This document shows, in pieces, positions 1 to 9,452 of a stretch of 64,000 bases of DNA. The stretch covers positions 49,017 through 113,016 of the forward strand of contig CAZIBG010000001.1 of NCBI GenBank assembly GCA_964536985.1. Reading direction: 5' to 3'. Each line of letters starts with the position of its first letter. Position 1 is the stretch's first letter. The DNA comes from an uncultured Candidatus Saccharibacteria bacterium. Lineage in GTDB: Bacteria; Patescibacteriota; Saccharimonadia; Saccharimonadales; AWTP1-31. The translations under genes were made by a program, and so were the position numbers. The notes beneath the pieces were generated by a model that was given only the letters and a program-made list of their open reading frames with translations, did not search any database and had not been told where the DNA came from.

Positions 1-1133
1 GGCTTGTTCTTAAGAAGTGGAGAGACTGCCATTTTAACTGGTGCAAGATCTGGATGAAGCTTAAGCACAGTACGTGATTCACCGTTTTCTAATTGCTCTA
101 TGGTGTAAGCGTCGCTAATCACCGCTAAGAACATTCGTCCCAATCCAACCGATGTTTCCACTACCCATGGAATATACTTTTCGTTAGTGATTGGATCTTG
201 GTAGCTCAAGTCCACGCCAGAGAATTTAGAGTGCTGGGTCAAGTCGTAATCGGTTCGATCATGAAAACCTTCCAGCTCGTCAAAACCAAGTGATGGGAAA
301 TTGTATTCAATGTCCCAAGCATCTGCCGCATAAAAGACGAGGTTATCATGCTGCTTCCAGCGGAGGTTCTCTTCTTTGATGCCAATATCCAGATACCATT
401 TCCAGCGGTTCTCTTTAGCTTGTTCGTAGGCAGGCTTATTCTCATTAGGTTTTACGAAAAATTGAGTATCGGCTTGCTCTAATTCTCGAGTTCGGAACAG
501 AAAGTTTCGTGGACTAATCTCATTTCTGAAGGCTTTGCCTATTTGGGCAATACCAAATGGTATTTTCATTGGGGTTGTATCTACGACATTTTTGAAGTTA
601 AGGTAAATACCTTGGCATGCTTCACCAGGAAGATAGACTGGGCGGTCACCCTCACCAGTAAAATCTCCAAGATTAGACTTTACCAATAAGTTAAAAGCTT
701 TGGATTCAGTAAAATCTTTGGCGCCACATTTGGGGCATTTGATCTTGCTACGATTATCGTCAAAGAGTTTGTTTATTTCCTCTTCAGTCATCTTTTCGTC
801 AGCCGTTACTCCTACTGCTTCGAGTTCTTTGTCTACACGAATTCGAGTATGGCAGACTTTGCACTCTGCTAAGGGGTCAGAAAATCCTGTTGCATGACCT
901 GATGCATCCCATACGGTTGGATGCTTAAAGATCGCCGAATCAAGACCTACAAAATCATCGCGGTCTCGTACATTTGCCTTCCACCAAGCTGCCTTAAGAT
1001 TATTGAGCAACTCGACTCCATAAGGGCCGTAATCAAATAGCCCGGCTTCTCCACCATAGATTGATGAACCTTGGTATACAAAACCCCGGCGCTTACATAA
1101 TGAAACAATGTCTTCTAGTTTTACGTCACTCAT
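1..1133 (-). CDS. glyQS: glycine--tRNA ligase, homodimeric class II type (N-terminal ~377 aa; C-terminus beyond window edge)
   Basis: Own translation of minus strand from ATG at 1131-1133: MSDVKLEDIVSLCKRRGFVYQGSSIYGGEAGLFDYGPYG...GKAFRNEISPRNFLFRTRELEQ...; open to position 1. Missing from ORF track because no stop lies in the window. Confidence 0.85.
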   Translation of the reverse strand, partial: MSDVKLEDIVSLCKRRGFVYQGSSIYGGEAGLFDYGPYGVELLNNLKAAWWKANVRDRDDFVGLDSAIFKHPTVWDASGHATGFSDPLAECKVCHTRIRVDKELEAVGVTADEKMTEEEINKLFDDNRSKIKCPKCGAKDFTESKAFNLLVKSNLGDFTGEGDRPVYLPGEACQGIYLNFKNVVDTTPMKIPFGIAQIGKAFRNEISPRNFLFRTRELEQADTQFFVKPNENKPAYEQAKENRWKWYLDIGIKEENLRWKQHDNLVFYAADAWDIEYNFPSLGFDELEGFHDRTDYDLTQHSKFSGVDLSYQDPITNEKYIPWVVETSVGLGRMFLAVISDAYTIEQLENGESRTVLKLHPDLAPVKMAVSPLLKNK

Positions 1134-1142
1134 ATTGTCGCA

Positions 1143-1151
1143 ATTATAACA
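1143..1151 (-). promoter_or_regulatory. extended -10 TGTTATAAT, 9 nt upstream of glyQS ATG
   Basis: Reverse complement of 1143-1151 reads TGTTATAAT; no Shine-Dalgarno sequence between it and the ATG. Confidence 0.4.
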
Positions 1152-1182
1152 GATGTGCCCCTGTTAAGGCTAGGTACTAACC

Positions 1183-1878
1183 TCAGGCCGCCGACTGACG
1201 CTGGGTAAGCATTGCTTTAGTTAGCTGCACTAACGAAGGCAGAAGTTCCGAGACGTCAGTTATTTGCATGAGCTGACGTGGACTACTGGCACGCTGGACG
1301 AGTCGTAGAAGTTTGACTGATCGTGCTTCGAATAAGCCGGCAGGATGTTGAGCAAATCCCATATCATCAAAACTAAAGGTAAACTTACTCCCACTCTGCA
1401 GTGCATTGCCTTCTTGATCTGTCTCTAAGTTCGGACTATACCCCGCGAGCCGAAGTAATTGCATATTGAGCCATAGCCTTAATAAATCCAGATCGAGACC
1501 AGGGTTATTTACAGATTCCAGGCAGATCTGGAGCAAATCAAAGTAGTCCGAACCTGGAGCATCTTCTGTTAGTTTGTGGACCGTCTTTAAAACATCATAC
1601 ATATACATTGTGCGGTCAACATTCTTAACAATCTCGCTGTAGTTTGTGATCAGTCGAGAGGATATTAAAGTCCCCAAGTCGCCCTTCCCTTGGATATAAG
1701 TAATGTCATTAACACTGAACAATTCGATACCGCCAGCTAGTCGACTTTTTATACGCCGGACACCTTTTGCAACAAGCCGGATCTTTCCTTGGTCCGAGGT
1801 AAGAATTGTGATAATTCGATCTGCCTCGCCAAAGTTAGTTCGAGTAAGGACAATACCCCTCGTTACAATTTGTTTCAT
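1183..1878 (-). CDS. recO: DNA repair protein RecO
   Basis: N-terminus MKQIVTRGIVLTRTNFGEADRIITILTSDQGKIRLVAKGVRR is typical of the RecO OB-fold; 231 aa; TGA stop. Confidence 0.85.
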   Translation of the reverse strand: MKQIVTRGIVLTRTNFGEADRIITILTSDQGKIRLVAKGVRRIKSRLAGGIELFSVNDITYIQGKGDLGTLISSRLITNYSEIVKNVDRTMYMYDVLKTVHKLTEDAPGSDYFDLLQICLESVNNPGLDLDLLRLWLNMQLLRLAGYSPNLETDQEGNALQSGSKFTFSFDDMGFAQHPAGLFEARSVKLLRLVQRASSPRQLMQITDVSELLPSLVQLTKAMLTQRQSAA

Positions 1879-2258
1879 ACACTGACCGTTGCATTTACTT
1901 TTTGCAACGCCGATACCATCGACTGCAGGCTAGATCCTGATTTCACAATATACTCAGTAATACCAATCTGCTCTTTCAACATTTTGACATCAATTCGATC
2001 TGCTCTTATTACCGTATGAATAACTATGGGAAGTCTTTGCCAATCTTGGTAAGATCTGATTTCGTACAGCAACTCTAGGCCATTGTGTCCTGCCATTTGA
2101 AGCTCAAGGATAACTACATCTATAGGATTATTGTCAAGTGCTTGCACGGCCGTCTCTGCCGTCTGACGCCACTGGACGACGTGCCCCTTATGGACAAGAA
2201 AGTCTCGATATGTCTCTCCGAGCAGAAGGTCTGGCTCTACGAGTAAAACTTTAGCCAT
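1875..2258 (-). CDS. CheY-like receiver domain protein, phospho-acceptor Asp replaced by Glu (pseudo-receiver)
   Basis: Receiver fold pattern VLLVEPD...DVVILELQMAGHNGLELL...IVIHTV...EYIVKS. The T and K positions are kept. The D57-equivalent is E and the DD pocket reads EPD. Overlaps recO by 4 nt. Confidence 0.7.
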   Translation of the reverse strand: MAKVLLVEPDLLLGETYRDFLVHKGHVVQWRQTAETAVQALDNNPIDVVILELQMAGHNGLELLYEIRSYQDWQRLPIVIHTVIRADRIDVKMLKEQIGITEYIVKSGSSLQSMVSALQKVNATVSV

Positions 2259-2261
2259 AGT

Positions 2262-2990
2262 TTAGACCAGTGACAGTTGTTGACTGGGAGTAAAGGTCGC
2301 AGCCAAGCCATTAAGTTTTTGGTAACGTGCTGAACGCAAACCACTAGTCATTGTGGATAGTAATGAATTGGCGATGTAGATTTCTGCTCCCGATGCAGAT
2401 GTTAATTGAGCTAGTGGTTGTGTTGCATTGCCATACAAATTCTTTGAATTATTGAATGATTTAGTATCAATACCTGCAACATCGCTAAACATCCCAGCCA
2501 CAATTCCGTACCTAGTCCGGTGGGCTGCCAGTGTTATGACCTGTCGTTTAGGCTTTTGCTGCTGATTCTGGGCGTCGATTAACACTGTGCCGATACTAAC
2601 AAGTGCAGCACGTAGTCCTGCGGGATGTGCCAAAACAGGTCCGTACTTACCGGCAATTGTCAGTTCGATATCGCATGAGTATTTACGCGCTTTCTTATCC
2701 AGTGCATGTGCCACGTCATCTAGTGCAGCCCCTAGCGAAATTGGACTCAGTACTAACTGATCCCCTTCGGCCTGTAGCTGTAAACTTAATAGATAGTTAT
2801 CAATCATGTTTTCGAGCGTGTCTGCTGCTATAGCAAGGTTCTGCAAAGGCTTAACATCTCCGCTCTCGTAGCTCAATTCTGCGCTCCGGGCAATCTGCAT
2901 TAGGGGTAATTTCATTGATTCTGCAAATGATTTAAAGAGTCTAAATTGATCGTCACTAGAATAAATTTTGTGCTCAATATTTGACTTCAC
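2262..2990 (-). CDS. histidine-kinase-like protein with degenerate H-box and ATP-binding boxes (pseudo-kinase)
   Basis: FAESMKLPLMQI aligns to the HisKA SHELRTPL box with H replaced by E. The N, G1 and G2 boxes are only vestigial (TVLIDAQ, SDVAGID, SGAEIYIANSL). No TM segments; GTG start. Confidence 0.5.
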   Translation of the reverse strand: MKSNIEHKIYSSDDQFRLFKSFAESMKLPLMQIARSAELSYESGDVKPLQNLAIAADTLENMIDNYLLSLQLQAEGDQLVLSPISLGAALDDVAHALDKKARKYSCDIELTIAGKYGPVLAHPAGLRAALVSIGTVLIDAQNQQQKPKRQVITLAAHRTRYGIVAGMFSDVAGIDTKSFNNSKNLYGNATQPLAQLTSASGAEIYIANSLLSTMTSGLRSARYQKLNGLAATFTPSQQLSLV

Positions 2991-3084
2991 TGCAACTAAT
3001 TACCCTCGCTATATCTTTGGTAATTATAGCATGCGTGAACAGCCACATTAGCATGCTGATGTGGAGATTACATAGTATGGGATG

Positions 3085-3795
3085 TTACGGTATAAATGTT
3101 AGCTCTGGAAGAATGATGGTGTTGAAATCACCAACGTATTGAGATGCTTCAGTCCATATTTTGAGTGTTTTATCACGTAATGGCAGGATGACCATAGCGC
3201 CCTGCTTCTTGTTTACAATTTCCCCGTCGAGCCTTAGACCGACAGCTGCTGGAACTTTTGGAACGGTTACCGGTACCGCCGTAACCTTGCCGTTTTTGAC
3301 AAGCGACTCGGTAGTTTTAGCAACGTCAGCATATGCAGTGTCTACCACTTGAACTCGAAGCGCCACGTTGTTTCCTGACACCAACCCAGGAACAAAGCCG
3401 GGATTAAATGACCCATCCAGTGGTGCACTACCTTTGGTGGATTCGTCCATATAAACGCTCCACGTTTTAGGGTAACTTACGGTTACACTTCCATATGGAG
3501 CTGGTCCGGTGTAAATACGCAGTGGCTGCTTTTCTTTCTCTACAAATTCAGCATCTTTCTTTGCCTTTGTGGCTTCTTCTGCAGTAGCAACGGCAGCAGC
3601 AATTTTTGGCTCAACGTTATTCTTATAGTCTTGCATCCCCATAAATGCCCAGATGCCAAAACCTGCAGCCCCAATGAACAGCACCAGCACGCCAATAAAA
3701 GACATAAACCATACATCCACCAGACCTGACTGGTCGTTCGAGAGATCAATTCGCTTCATACTGCTCATGGTACCATACCCCTCCCGCTCAAGCAT
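3085..3795 (-). CDS. membrane-anchored hypothetical protein
   Basis: Single N-terminal TM (WFMSFIGVLVLFIGAAGFGIWAF) followed by a soluble domain; no recognised motif. True start may be the internal MSSMKR. Confidence 0.4.
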   Translation of the reverse strand: MLEREGYGTMSSMKRIDLSNDQSGLVDVWFMSFIGVLVLFIGAAGFGIWAFMGMQDYKNNVEPKIAAAVATAEEATKAKKDAEFVEKEKQPLRIYTGPAPYGSVTVSYPKTWSVYMDESTKGSAPLDGSFNPGFVPGLVSGNNVALRVQVVDTAYADVAKTTESLVKNGKVTAVPVTVPKVPAAVGLRLDGEIVNKKQGAMVILPLRDKTLKIWTEASQYVGDFNTIILPELTFIP

Positions 3796-3798
3796 AGA

Positions 3799-3984
3799 CT
3801 AGCTGAGCTTGGTAATCTTATTTTGAGCGTCTTGCAAATACTTATGTAGCTCTTTAGCTAACTTCTTTGCCTGTTCGTACTTGCTTATTGCCTCGTCTAC
3901 GTCTAGGTCATCATTTTCGAACCACGATAAAAGCTCATCTAGATCTTGCCTGAGTTGTTTATACGATTTTTCATTTTTAACCAT
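3799..3984 (-). CDS. xseB: exodeoxyribonuclease VII small subunit
   Basis: 61-aa helical protein (LDELLSWFENDDLDVDEAISKYEQAKKL) directly downstream of xseA. Confidence 0.8.
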   Translation of the reverse strand: MVKNEKSYKQLRQDLDELLSWFENDDLDVDEAISKYEQAKKLAKELHKYLQDAQNKITKLS

Positions 3985-3991
3985 GTCAGTA

Positions 3992-5128
3992 TTATACCTT
4001 TTTAACTTTTATTACTGTTGCTTCGGCCGTGCCATCCGTAAAACGCAAGTCAATAGCGCTGCCAATGTTTAGGTCAGCGACACTCCGTACAGTGTTGCCC
4101 CCGGTTTTTACTGCAGCATATCCGCGTCTTAGAATTTGCCGTGGATCATAACTATTTAGCAACAAAATACTAGACTGCAACTGCGTTGATAAAGAATCAA
4201 GGTATTGGCGCATTCGTTGATCTACAAATTGCATCTGGTGGGTAACACGTTGTTGCCTGTCGTTTACCTGGTTTGTAATTGTCTGCAAAGCCCGCGCCAC
4301 TTCTTGATCGATACCCTGGTTAACGCTAGCCCTGTCGGGGACCAACAATTCTGCGGCATTGCTAGGTGTGCTGGCTCGTACATCAGCTGCCATTTCCGCT
4401 AAACAAGTATCTACCTCATGGCCAATGGCTACCATTGTCGGAGTACGACTGGCGGCAACAGCTCTAATGACTTGTTCGGCATTGAAGGCTTGTAGGTCGT
4501 CAGCACTTCCGCCGCCCCTGGTAACTACGATTACATCAAGTTCTTCGCTAAGATTTAGCCGTTCTATTGCAGTAACGATTTGTGCGGGTGCGGCCTCACC
4601 CTGCACCTGCACATCAACATGCACTATCTCAACCCCGCCCCATCTCTGGGCAAGTATTTTCATAAAGTCTGCATAGGCCGCTGATTCTCCTGATGCCACC
4701 AGCCCGATCCTGGAAGGCGGATATGGTAGTGTTCGTTTCCGCTCCGGGTCGAACAAGCCTTCGGCTTGAAGCTTGGCCTGAAGTAGTTGAAATGCTTTCT
4801 TTATCGAACCTTCGCCAACCGGCTGAATTTTCTGAGCAGTTACCGAAAAACCAAATTGCTGATGAAGTCGAGGCACACCCGTAACCTGGAGCTTCATACC
4901 ATCTTCAAGTGGACCAGGCAGTGCGTAAATAGTGCCAAAGAATCGTACGCTGGATTGCTCGTCTTTCAGATCAAAGTATACCCACTTACCCTTACTAACT
5001 TTGAAGTTACTTAGCTCGCCTACAATTGTTACCGATGGGTAAGCATAATCTAATGTCTGATTTAAAACAGTAACAAAGTCACTTACCGATAGGATCAGTT
5101 GCTCATTCATGTGCAGTTGTGCGCCCAC
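3992..5128 (-). CDS. xseA: exodeoxyribonuclease VII large subunit
   Basis: N-terminal OB fold (ILSVSDFVTVLNQTL..VTIVGELSNFK) and catalytic core (RIGLVASGESAAYADF, VIVVTRGGGS). Confidence 0.85.
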   Translation of the reverse strand: MGAQLHMNEQLILSVSDFVTVLNQTLDYAYPSVTIVGELSNFKVSKGKWVYFDLKDEQSSVRFFGTIYALPGPLEDGMKLQVTGVPRLHQQFGFSVTAQKIQPVGEGSIKKAFQLLQAKLQAEGLFDPERKRTLPYPPSRIGLVASGESAAYADFMKILAQRWGGVEIVHVDVQVQGEAAPAQIVTAIERLNLSEELDVIVVTRGGGSADDLQAFNAEQVIRAVAASRTPTMVAIGHEVDTCLAEMAADVRASTPSNAAELLVPDRASVNQGIDQEVARALQTITNQVNDRQQRVTHQMQFVDQRMRQYLDSLSTQLQSSILLLNSYDPRQILRRGYAAVKTGGNTVRSVADLNIGSAIDLRFTDGTAEATVIKVKKV

Positions 5129-6137
5129 GGTGATAGTAGAAGTAATAACCTGGAGCTAGCTGAATAATCATACTTACTACGCGGTACATAACAGTCACCG
5201 GGATACTGACGGCAGGTGAAATTCCACCAAGTGCCAGTACTGCAGTCATCAGAGCTTCGTATACCCCCACTCCGCTTGGTAGAACCGATAAGAATCCTGC
5301 AAGATTGGCAATTGCATAAGCCAGAATAATCGCCCCTGGATTAACAACATGTCCGAACGCCAAGTACACCGTGTATACCGTAAGTATCTCTGTTAAATTA
5401 GCGACCAAAGACCAAACTAGCGGCCATTTTAATGCAGTGTAGTTGTTCTTGATAATTTCGTAGTTCTGGTGAAGATCGGTAAAGGCATGTCTGGCGCGTT
5501 CGATGTTGATTGTTTCAGGGTGCTTCGGCCTTACTACGTGGATGAGCTTATTGATTGATTTGGTGACGAATCCAAAAAACGCATTAATGCGTTTTTCGCT
5601 GCCAATAATATAGGCAATTCCTACCGTACCAACAACAATGAGTGTGGAAATTGAGCCGCCCGCCAAAAGCACGAAACGATTAACATTTCCGCTAAAACTA
5701 AGTAAGAACAGCGCGATCAACAGTAATACGAGGAAAGCCACGTACACTAGTACGAATCTCATCAGTTGTACCAATGAAGCCTTTGCGCCACTTACCCCTT
5801 TTTGTTTGAGCCGGAGACTAAAATAAGAAAATCCCGACACGCCACCACTTGGAAATACATGATTTACAAAATTGAGCTCCAGGTTAACGCGGTATAGATA
5901 CTTGTAACTGATTTTACTTCCCAGAATCTGAAAAAGGTCTTTATTTTGCCGAGCATAAGCGTCGTAGTTAAGGACCTGCCAGATTGGTAGCAGCAACAAC
6001 CACCACCAACGGATATGGCCGATGGTCTTAAAGCTCTCAACTATCTGATTGCGAATAGCAAATATGAGTAAGGCGAAGCCTACAAATGTGGCGATATTAA
6101 GGATTATCTTCCATTTTGATTTTTCACTCTGGCTCAT
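5103..6137 (-). CDS. polytopic membrane protein, lysylphosphatidylglycerol-synthase-TM / flippase-like (UPF0104) family
   Basis: About 8 TM segments with the general pattern of the LPG_synthase_TM family; family assignment is from memory. Confidence 0.55.
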   Translation of the reverse strand: MSQSEKSKWKIILNIATFVGFALLIFAIRNQIVESFKTIGHIRWWWLLLLPIWQVLNYDAYARQNKDLFQILGSKISYKYLYRVNLELNFVNHVFPSGGVSGFSYFSLRLKQKGVSGAKASLVQLMRFVLVYVAFLVLLLIALFLLSFSGNVNRFVLLAGGSISTLIVVGTVGIAYIIGSEKRINAFFGFVTKSINKLIHVVRPKHPETINIERARHAFTDLHQNYEIIKNNYTALKWPLVWSLVANLTEILTVYTVYLAFGHVVNPGAIILAYAIANLAGFLSVLPSGVGVYEALMTAVLALGGISPAVSIPVTVMYRVVSMIIQLAPGYYFYYHRGRTTAHE

Positions 6138-6186
6138 AGAATAATGCTCATATACTCGGCATATTATACCCGACCGACGGTTAACT

Positions 6187-6195
6187 TGATATACT
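6187..6195 (+). promoter_or_regulatory. extended -10 TGATATACT, 7 nt upstream of ATG 6203 (leaderless-type)
   Basis: Sequence tgatatact followed by acccctt then ATG; no SD. Confidence 0.45.
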
Positions 6196-6202
6196 ACCCC
6201 TT

Positions 6203-7405
6203 ATGAGTCAATCCATTCCATCCGAGAAATCGCTATTTATACTTGGTCGCCAGCCGGCACTTGGCTTGGCGGAATTAGAAAGCTTATTCAGTGCCGAACA
6301 ACTTTTGCCGATTGGAACTATTGCCGCTCTACTTGATGCCCCTGCCGAGGCAGTACGGTTCAATAGATTGGGCGGCAGTATAAAACAAGCCATTCTTTTG
6401 GATGAACTCCCTACAACGGACTGGGATAAAATTACAAAGTACATCGCCAAAGCATTGCCAGGACACTTGGCTAGTGTTCCTGAAGGAAAAATTAAGTTTG
6501 GCATAAGTGCCTACGGACTTAAAGTAGATGCCGGTACCGTTAATCGCAGCAGTTTGTGGCTCAAGAAAACCATCAAAAACAGCGGTCGTTCAGTCCGTAT
6601 CGTACCCAACAACGAGCCTGCACTGAGCAGTGCTCAAGTCATTCATAATCAACTGACCTCTCCTGTTGGTATAGAGATTGTAGTAGTAAGTGATGGCCAG
6701 AAATCGTATATTGCTCAAACTGTTGCCGAGCAGAATATCGAAGCCTACGCAGCCCGAGACCAAGAACGCCCAAAGCGAGATACCAAAGTAGGCATGCTGC
6801 CGCCAAAGCTAGCTCAAACCATCATTAATCTTGCTAACCCTACATTTAAATCAACTGTAGTAGATCCGTTCTGCGGAACCGGCGTAGTGCTGCAAGAGGC
6901 AGCCTTGATGGGCTATGGCATATTTGGAAGCGACCTGGAACAACGTATGGTCGACTACTCTAAGGAGAACGTCCAGGAATGGCTACCAAAGAACTTTGCT
7001 ATTGAACTCGGTAATGCCGGCTTTGAAAAAGGCGACGCCACTGCAATGCAATGGGGCGACTACCCCTACGGCTTTGATTCTATTGCCTGCGAAACATATC
7101 TTGGACGTCCCTTCTCTGCCTTACCCGACGCTGCAATACTTCAGGATGTGATGCAAGATGTTAACTTAATTCATAAACGATTCTTGCAAAATGTTGTCCG
7201 ACAGACCGAACCAGGCTTCCGAATGTGCATAGCCGTTCCCGCCTGGAGCACACCGCAAGGATTCAAACACCTTAAAGTTCTTGATAACCTCGAGGATATG
7301 GGGTATAATCGTATTGAATTTGTTCACGCACGCATGGAGGATCTAATCTACCACCGCGAAGGCCAAATTGTCGGCCGTGAACTAGTAATATTAGTAAGAA
7401 ACTGA
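6203..7405 (+). CDS. class I SAM-dependent methyltransferase, Trm11/UPF0020-like putative RNA methylase
   Basis: SAM motif I VVDPFCGTGVVLQEAALMGY..GSDLE; the N-terminal half is THUMP-like in size. The catalytic (D/N)PPY box is degenerate (CETYLGRPF). Confidence 0.5.
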   Translation: MSQSIPSEKSLFILGRQPALGLAELESLFSAEQLLPIGTIAALLDAPAEAVRFNRLGGSIKQAILLDELPTTDWDKITKYIAKALPGHLASVPEGKIKFGISAYGLKVDAGTVNRSSLWLKKTIKNSGRSVRIVPNNEPALSSAQVIHNQLTSPVGIEIVVVSDGQKSYIAQTVAEQNIEAYAARDQERPKRDTKVGMLPPKLAQTIINLANPTFKSTVVDPFCGTGVVLQEAALMGYGIFGSDLEQRMVDYSKENVQEWLPKNFAIELGNAGFEKGDATAMQWGDYPYGFDSIACETYLGRPFSALPDAAILQDVMQDVNLIHKRFLQNVVRQTEPGFRMCIAVPAWSTPQGFKHLKVLDNLEDMGYNRIEFVHARMEDLIYHREGQIVGRELVILVRN

Positions 7406-7419
7406 GTTAAGGATATAAA

Positions 7420-7692
7420 ATGTCACATGTCAAAGCTGGCGGTACCAGTAAAAACAACCGAGATAGTCCCGGCCAACGATTAGGCGTTAAGCTCTTCGGT
7501 GGTGAAAAAGTCAAACTAGGACAAGTTATTGTCCGACAAGTTGGCCTCACAAAGCGATCAGGCGTTGGCACCATGCTAAGCCGTAACTTCACTATCCACG
7601 CCGCCAAAGATGGCGTCGTAGCTTACAAGTCACGAAAAGTTCGTCTCTTCAGCGGCAAATCAGTTCGCCGTACCGAAGTTACTGTCGAATAA
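7420..7692 (+). CDS. rpmA: 50S ribosomal protein L27
   Basis: MSHVKAGGTSKNNRDSPGQRLGVKLFGGE is the classic L27 N-terminus; SD AAGGA upstream. Confidence 0.9.
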   Translation: MSHVKAGGTSKNNRDSPGQRLGVKLFGGEKVKLGQVIVRQVGLTKRSGVGTMLSRNFTIHAAKDGVVAYKSRKVRLFSGKSVRRTEVTVE

Positions 7693-7693
7693 A

Positions 7694-9349
7694 CTACTTA
7701 CCGACCCAGCTCGCCGTCTCAGCAGATATTCTATTCATGCGACTTGTATCGCCTAGCTGTTCTAGTATTTGCTGGGTCATGCGGACAACGTACGTTCCGG
7801 CCTCGGCATCAAGTCTTCCCTGTCGCTGTCGTACTTGATCAAAGTCACCAATTGCTTGCTGTACAGTACCTAATGTTCTCAGCACGCTACTATCTCCGAG
7901 ATTCTTTCCGCTCTTTTTGGCACGGAAGGTAAGCTCCTCGATATTACGAACGATACCCTTCCATCCTGTAAATTTAATCTGGTCCTGAATGGCCTGAGCA
8001 GCTTCGCCTAATTGCTTTCTCTCTGTTAGTTTCATGGTATTAGCAAGGTCAGCAACCATCTTCTCGGCGTCTTCAGGTTCGATAGTACCATCAATTTTGC
8101 GAGTTAACTTTCGAACCATCATATCGGCGTCTTCGGTATCTAATCCAAGAGCACGTGTTGCACGATCGATCGTATCATCGTTAGCGATAGTTTGAAATTT
8201 TGACTTCAGCTGTTCTACAGCTTCAACGCCCATAGTACCTGTCTTAGATCGTATAAAGCCACCAATCTCATCCATATGACCATCATAAATACGATTTACT
8301 AAGCCTCTCCAGTTATCACTAAATCCAGCAATTTCTTGCTTAAGTTCATTAAGTGCCCTTGCCTGTTCCTGTAGGCCTATGCCTTCAAGGTTCTTTAAAC
8401 GTGGCTGAACTGTTTCAGTCCATAGCCGTTCGGCCAGCTTACTATGCTGCAATTCCTGCCAAGACACAACGACACTTCGAAGTTCGGATTTCAACTTGTA
8501 GTCAATTTCTGGGTCTCTAAGAGCATTCGACAAGGCCTCGCCAGATTCGAAGAACCCACTAATATCTAGTTTTCCGGGATCATCTTCTGTAGCTTCCACC
8601 ATGTCTTCGGCAACTTCTTCAGGCACTGGTTCGATAACAACTTCCGTTGGTACAACAAGTTCGGCAACTTCTTCTGCAACTTCCTGCAGTTCTGAGCTAT
8701 CCGAAATAACTTCGGCTGAAGGAATAGTTGCATCAAGGTCGACGGCAACAGTCAAATCATCATCAGTCTCAGTATCTGTCAGTTCCAACTTTCGTGAAAT
8801 GACCGATGTGCCGTTCTTTGAGTTCTTATCGGTAACTATCACATTACCTGTTTCTGCATCAACTCGAATACCAAAATGCTTACCTGAAAAGGCCTTGTCG
8901 GTCCCATCACTTGCAATATCCTCAAGTCCAGGAGTTAAGTTCTTAGCCTTAGCACCCATCACTTGCTCTTTTGTCGCGTCAGCAATTACCGCTCCACGTA
9001 GCAACCCTTCTTCGTTTCTCTGTACTTCAACTCCAGAAAAATCTCCGCTATGCATATCTTTCCCTTGAAGTTTAACCAATGCATATCTGTCCTCTGTTGC
9101 AGGATCGACACTACCCGGATCAAGATCTACTAAGCCCAACTGTTGGCTGTTTCCGGCTTCAACTATCAACATTAGATCACCACGGAGAGTATCCGTAAGC
9201 TCCATGCTTGTAATAAGTGGTCCAGCGGAAACATCAACGGTGTACTCACCGCCTAAGCGCTCCTTGGCTTCGTTGGTCCCGCCAATAGACTCTACGGTTG
9301 GCACGCCAAGCTGTTGATTTCGATTTAACTCATTGTTTGATGCTGTCAT
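7694..9349 (-). CDS. FHA-domain protein with acidic linker and long helical C-terminal region
   Basis: FHA signature FSGKHFGIRVDAETGNVIVTDKNSKNGTSV (SxxH ... NG[TS]); acidic PEEVAE-type linker; C-terminal ~300 aa with no recognised motif. Confidence 0.5.
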   Translation of the reverse strand: MTASNNELNRNQQLGVPTVESIGGTNEAKERLGGEYTVDVSAGPLITSMELTDTLRGDLMLIVEAGNSQQLGLVDLDPGSVDPATEDRYALVKLQGKDMHSGDFSGVEVQRNEEGLLRGAVIADATKEQVMGAKAKNLTPGLEDIASDGTDKAFSGKHFGIRVDAETGNVIVTDKNSKNGTSVISRKLELTDTETDDDLTVAVDLDATIPSAEVISDSSELQEVAEEVAELVVPTEVVIEPVPEEVAEDMVEATEDDPGKLDISGFFESGEALSNALRDPEIDYKLKSELRSVVVSWQELQHSKLAERLWTETVQPRLKNLEGIGLQEQARALNELKQEIAGFSDNWRGLVNRIYDGHMDEIGGFIRSKTGTMGVEAVEQLKSKFQTIANDDTIDRATRALGLDTEDADMMVRKLTRKIDGTIEPEDAEKMVADLANTMKLTERKQLGEAAQAIQDQIKFTGWKGIVRNIEELTFRAKKSGKNLGDSSVLRTLGTVQQAIGDFDQVRQRQGRLDAEAGTYVVRMTQQILEQLGDTSRMNRISAETASWVGK

Positions 9350-9394
9350 GTTTTTTTTGTTTTAATAACCTTATACATACACTAGCATGATGTA

Positions 9395-9429
9395 TACAAA
9401 AAAGCAATAGCGTTATGTGCTATTGCTTT
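9395..9429 (-). terminator. intrinsic terminator after the response regulator gene
   Basis: Minus strand reads AAAGCAATAGC-ACATAAC-GCTATTGCTTT followed by TTTG: an 11-bp stem plus U tract. Confidence 0.65.
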
Positions 9430-9452
9430 CTGCGTTTTGCTAAGTTGGAGTG

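Noticed and set aside
2991-3084. Hairpin CCACAT-N10-ATGTGG between the membrane-protein gene and the kinase-like gene as a terminator
   Set aside because: No U tract follows it on the minus strand. The region more plausibly just carries the TGCTATAAT extended -10 (3031-3023) for the downstream operon.
8601-9068. 155-aa Ser/Thr-rich plus-strand ORF
   Set aside because: It is the antisense shadow of the Glu/Val-rich linker of the FHA gene (GAA/GAG read as TTC/CTC). It has no start context.
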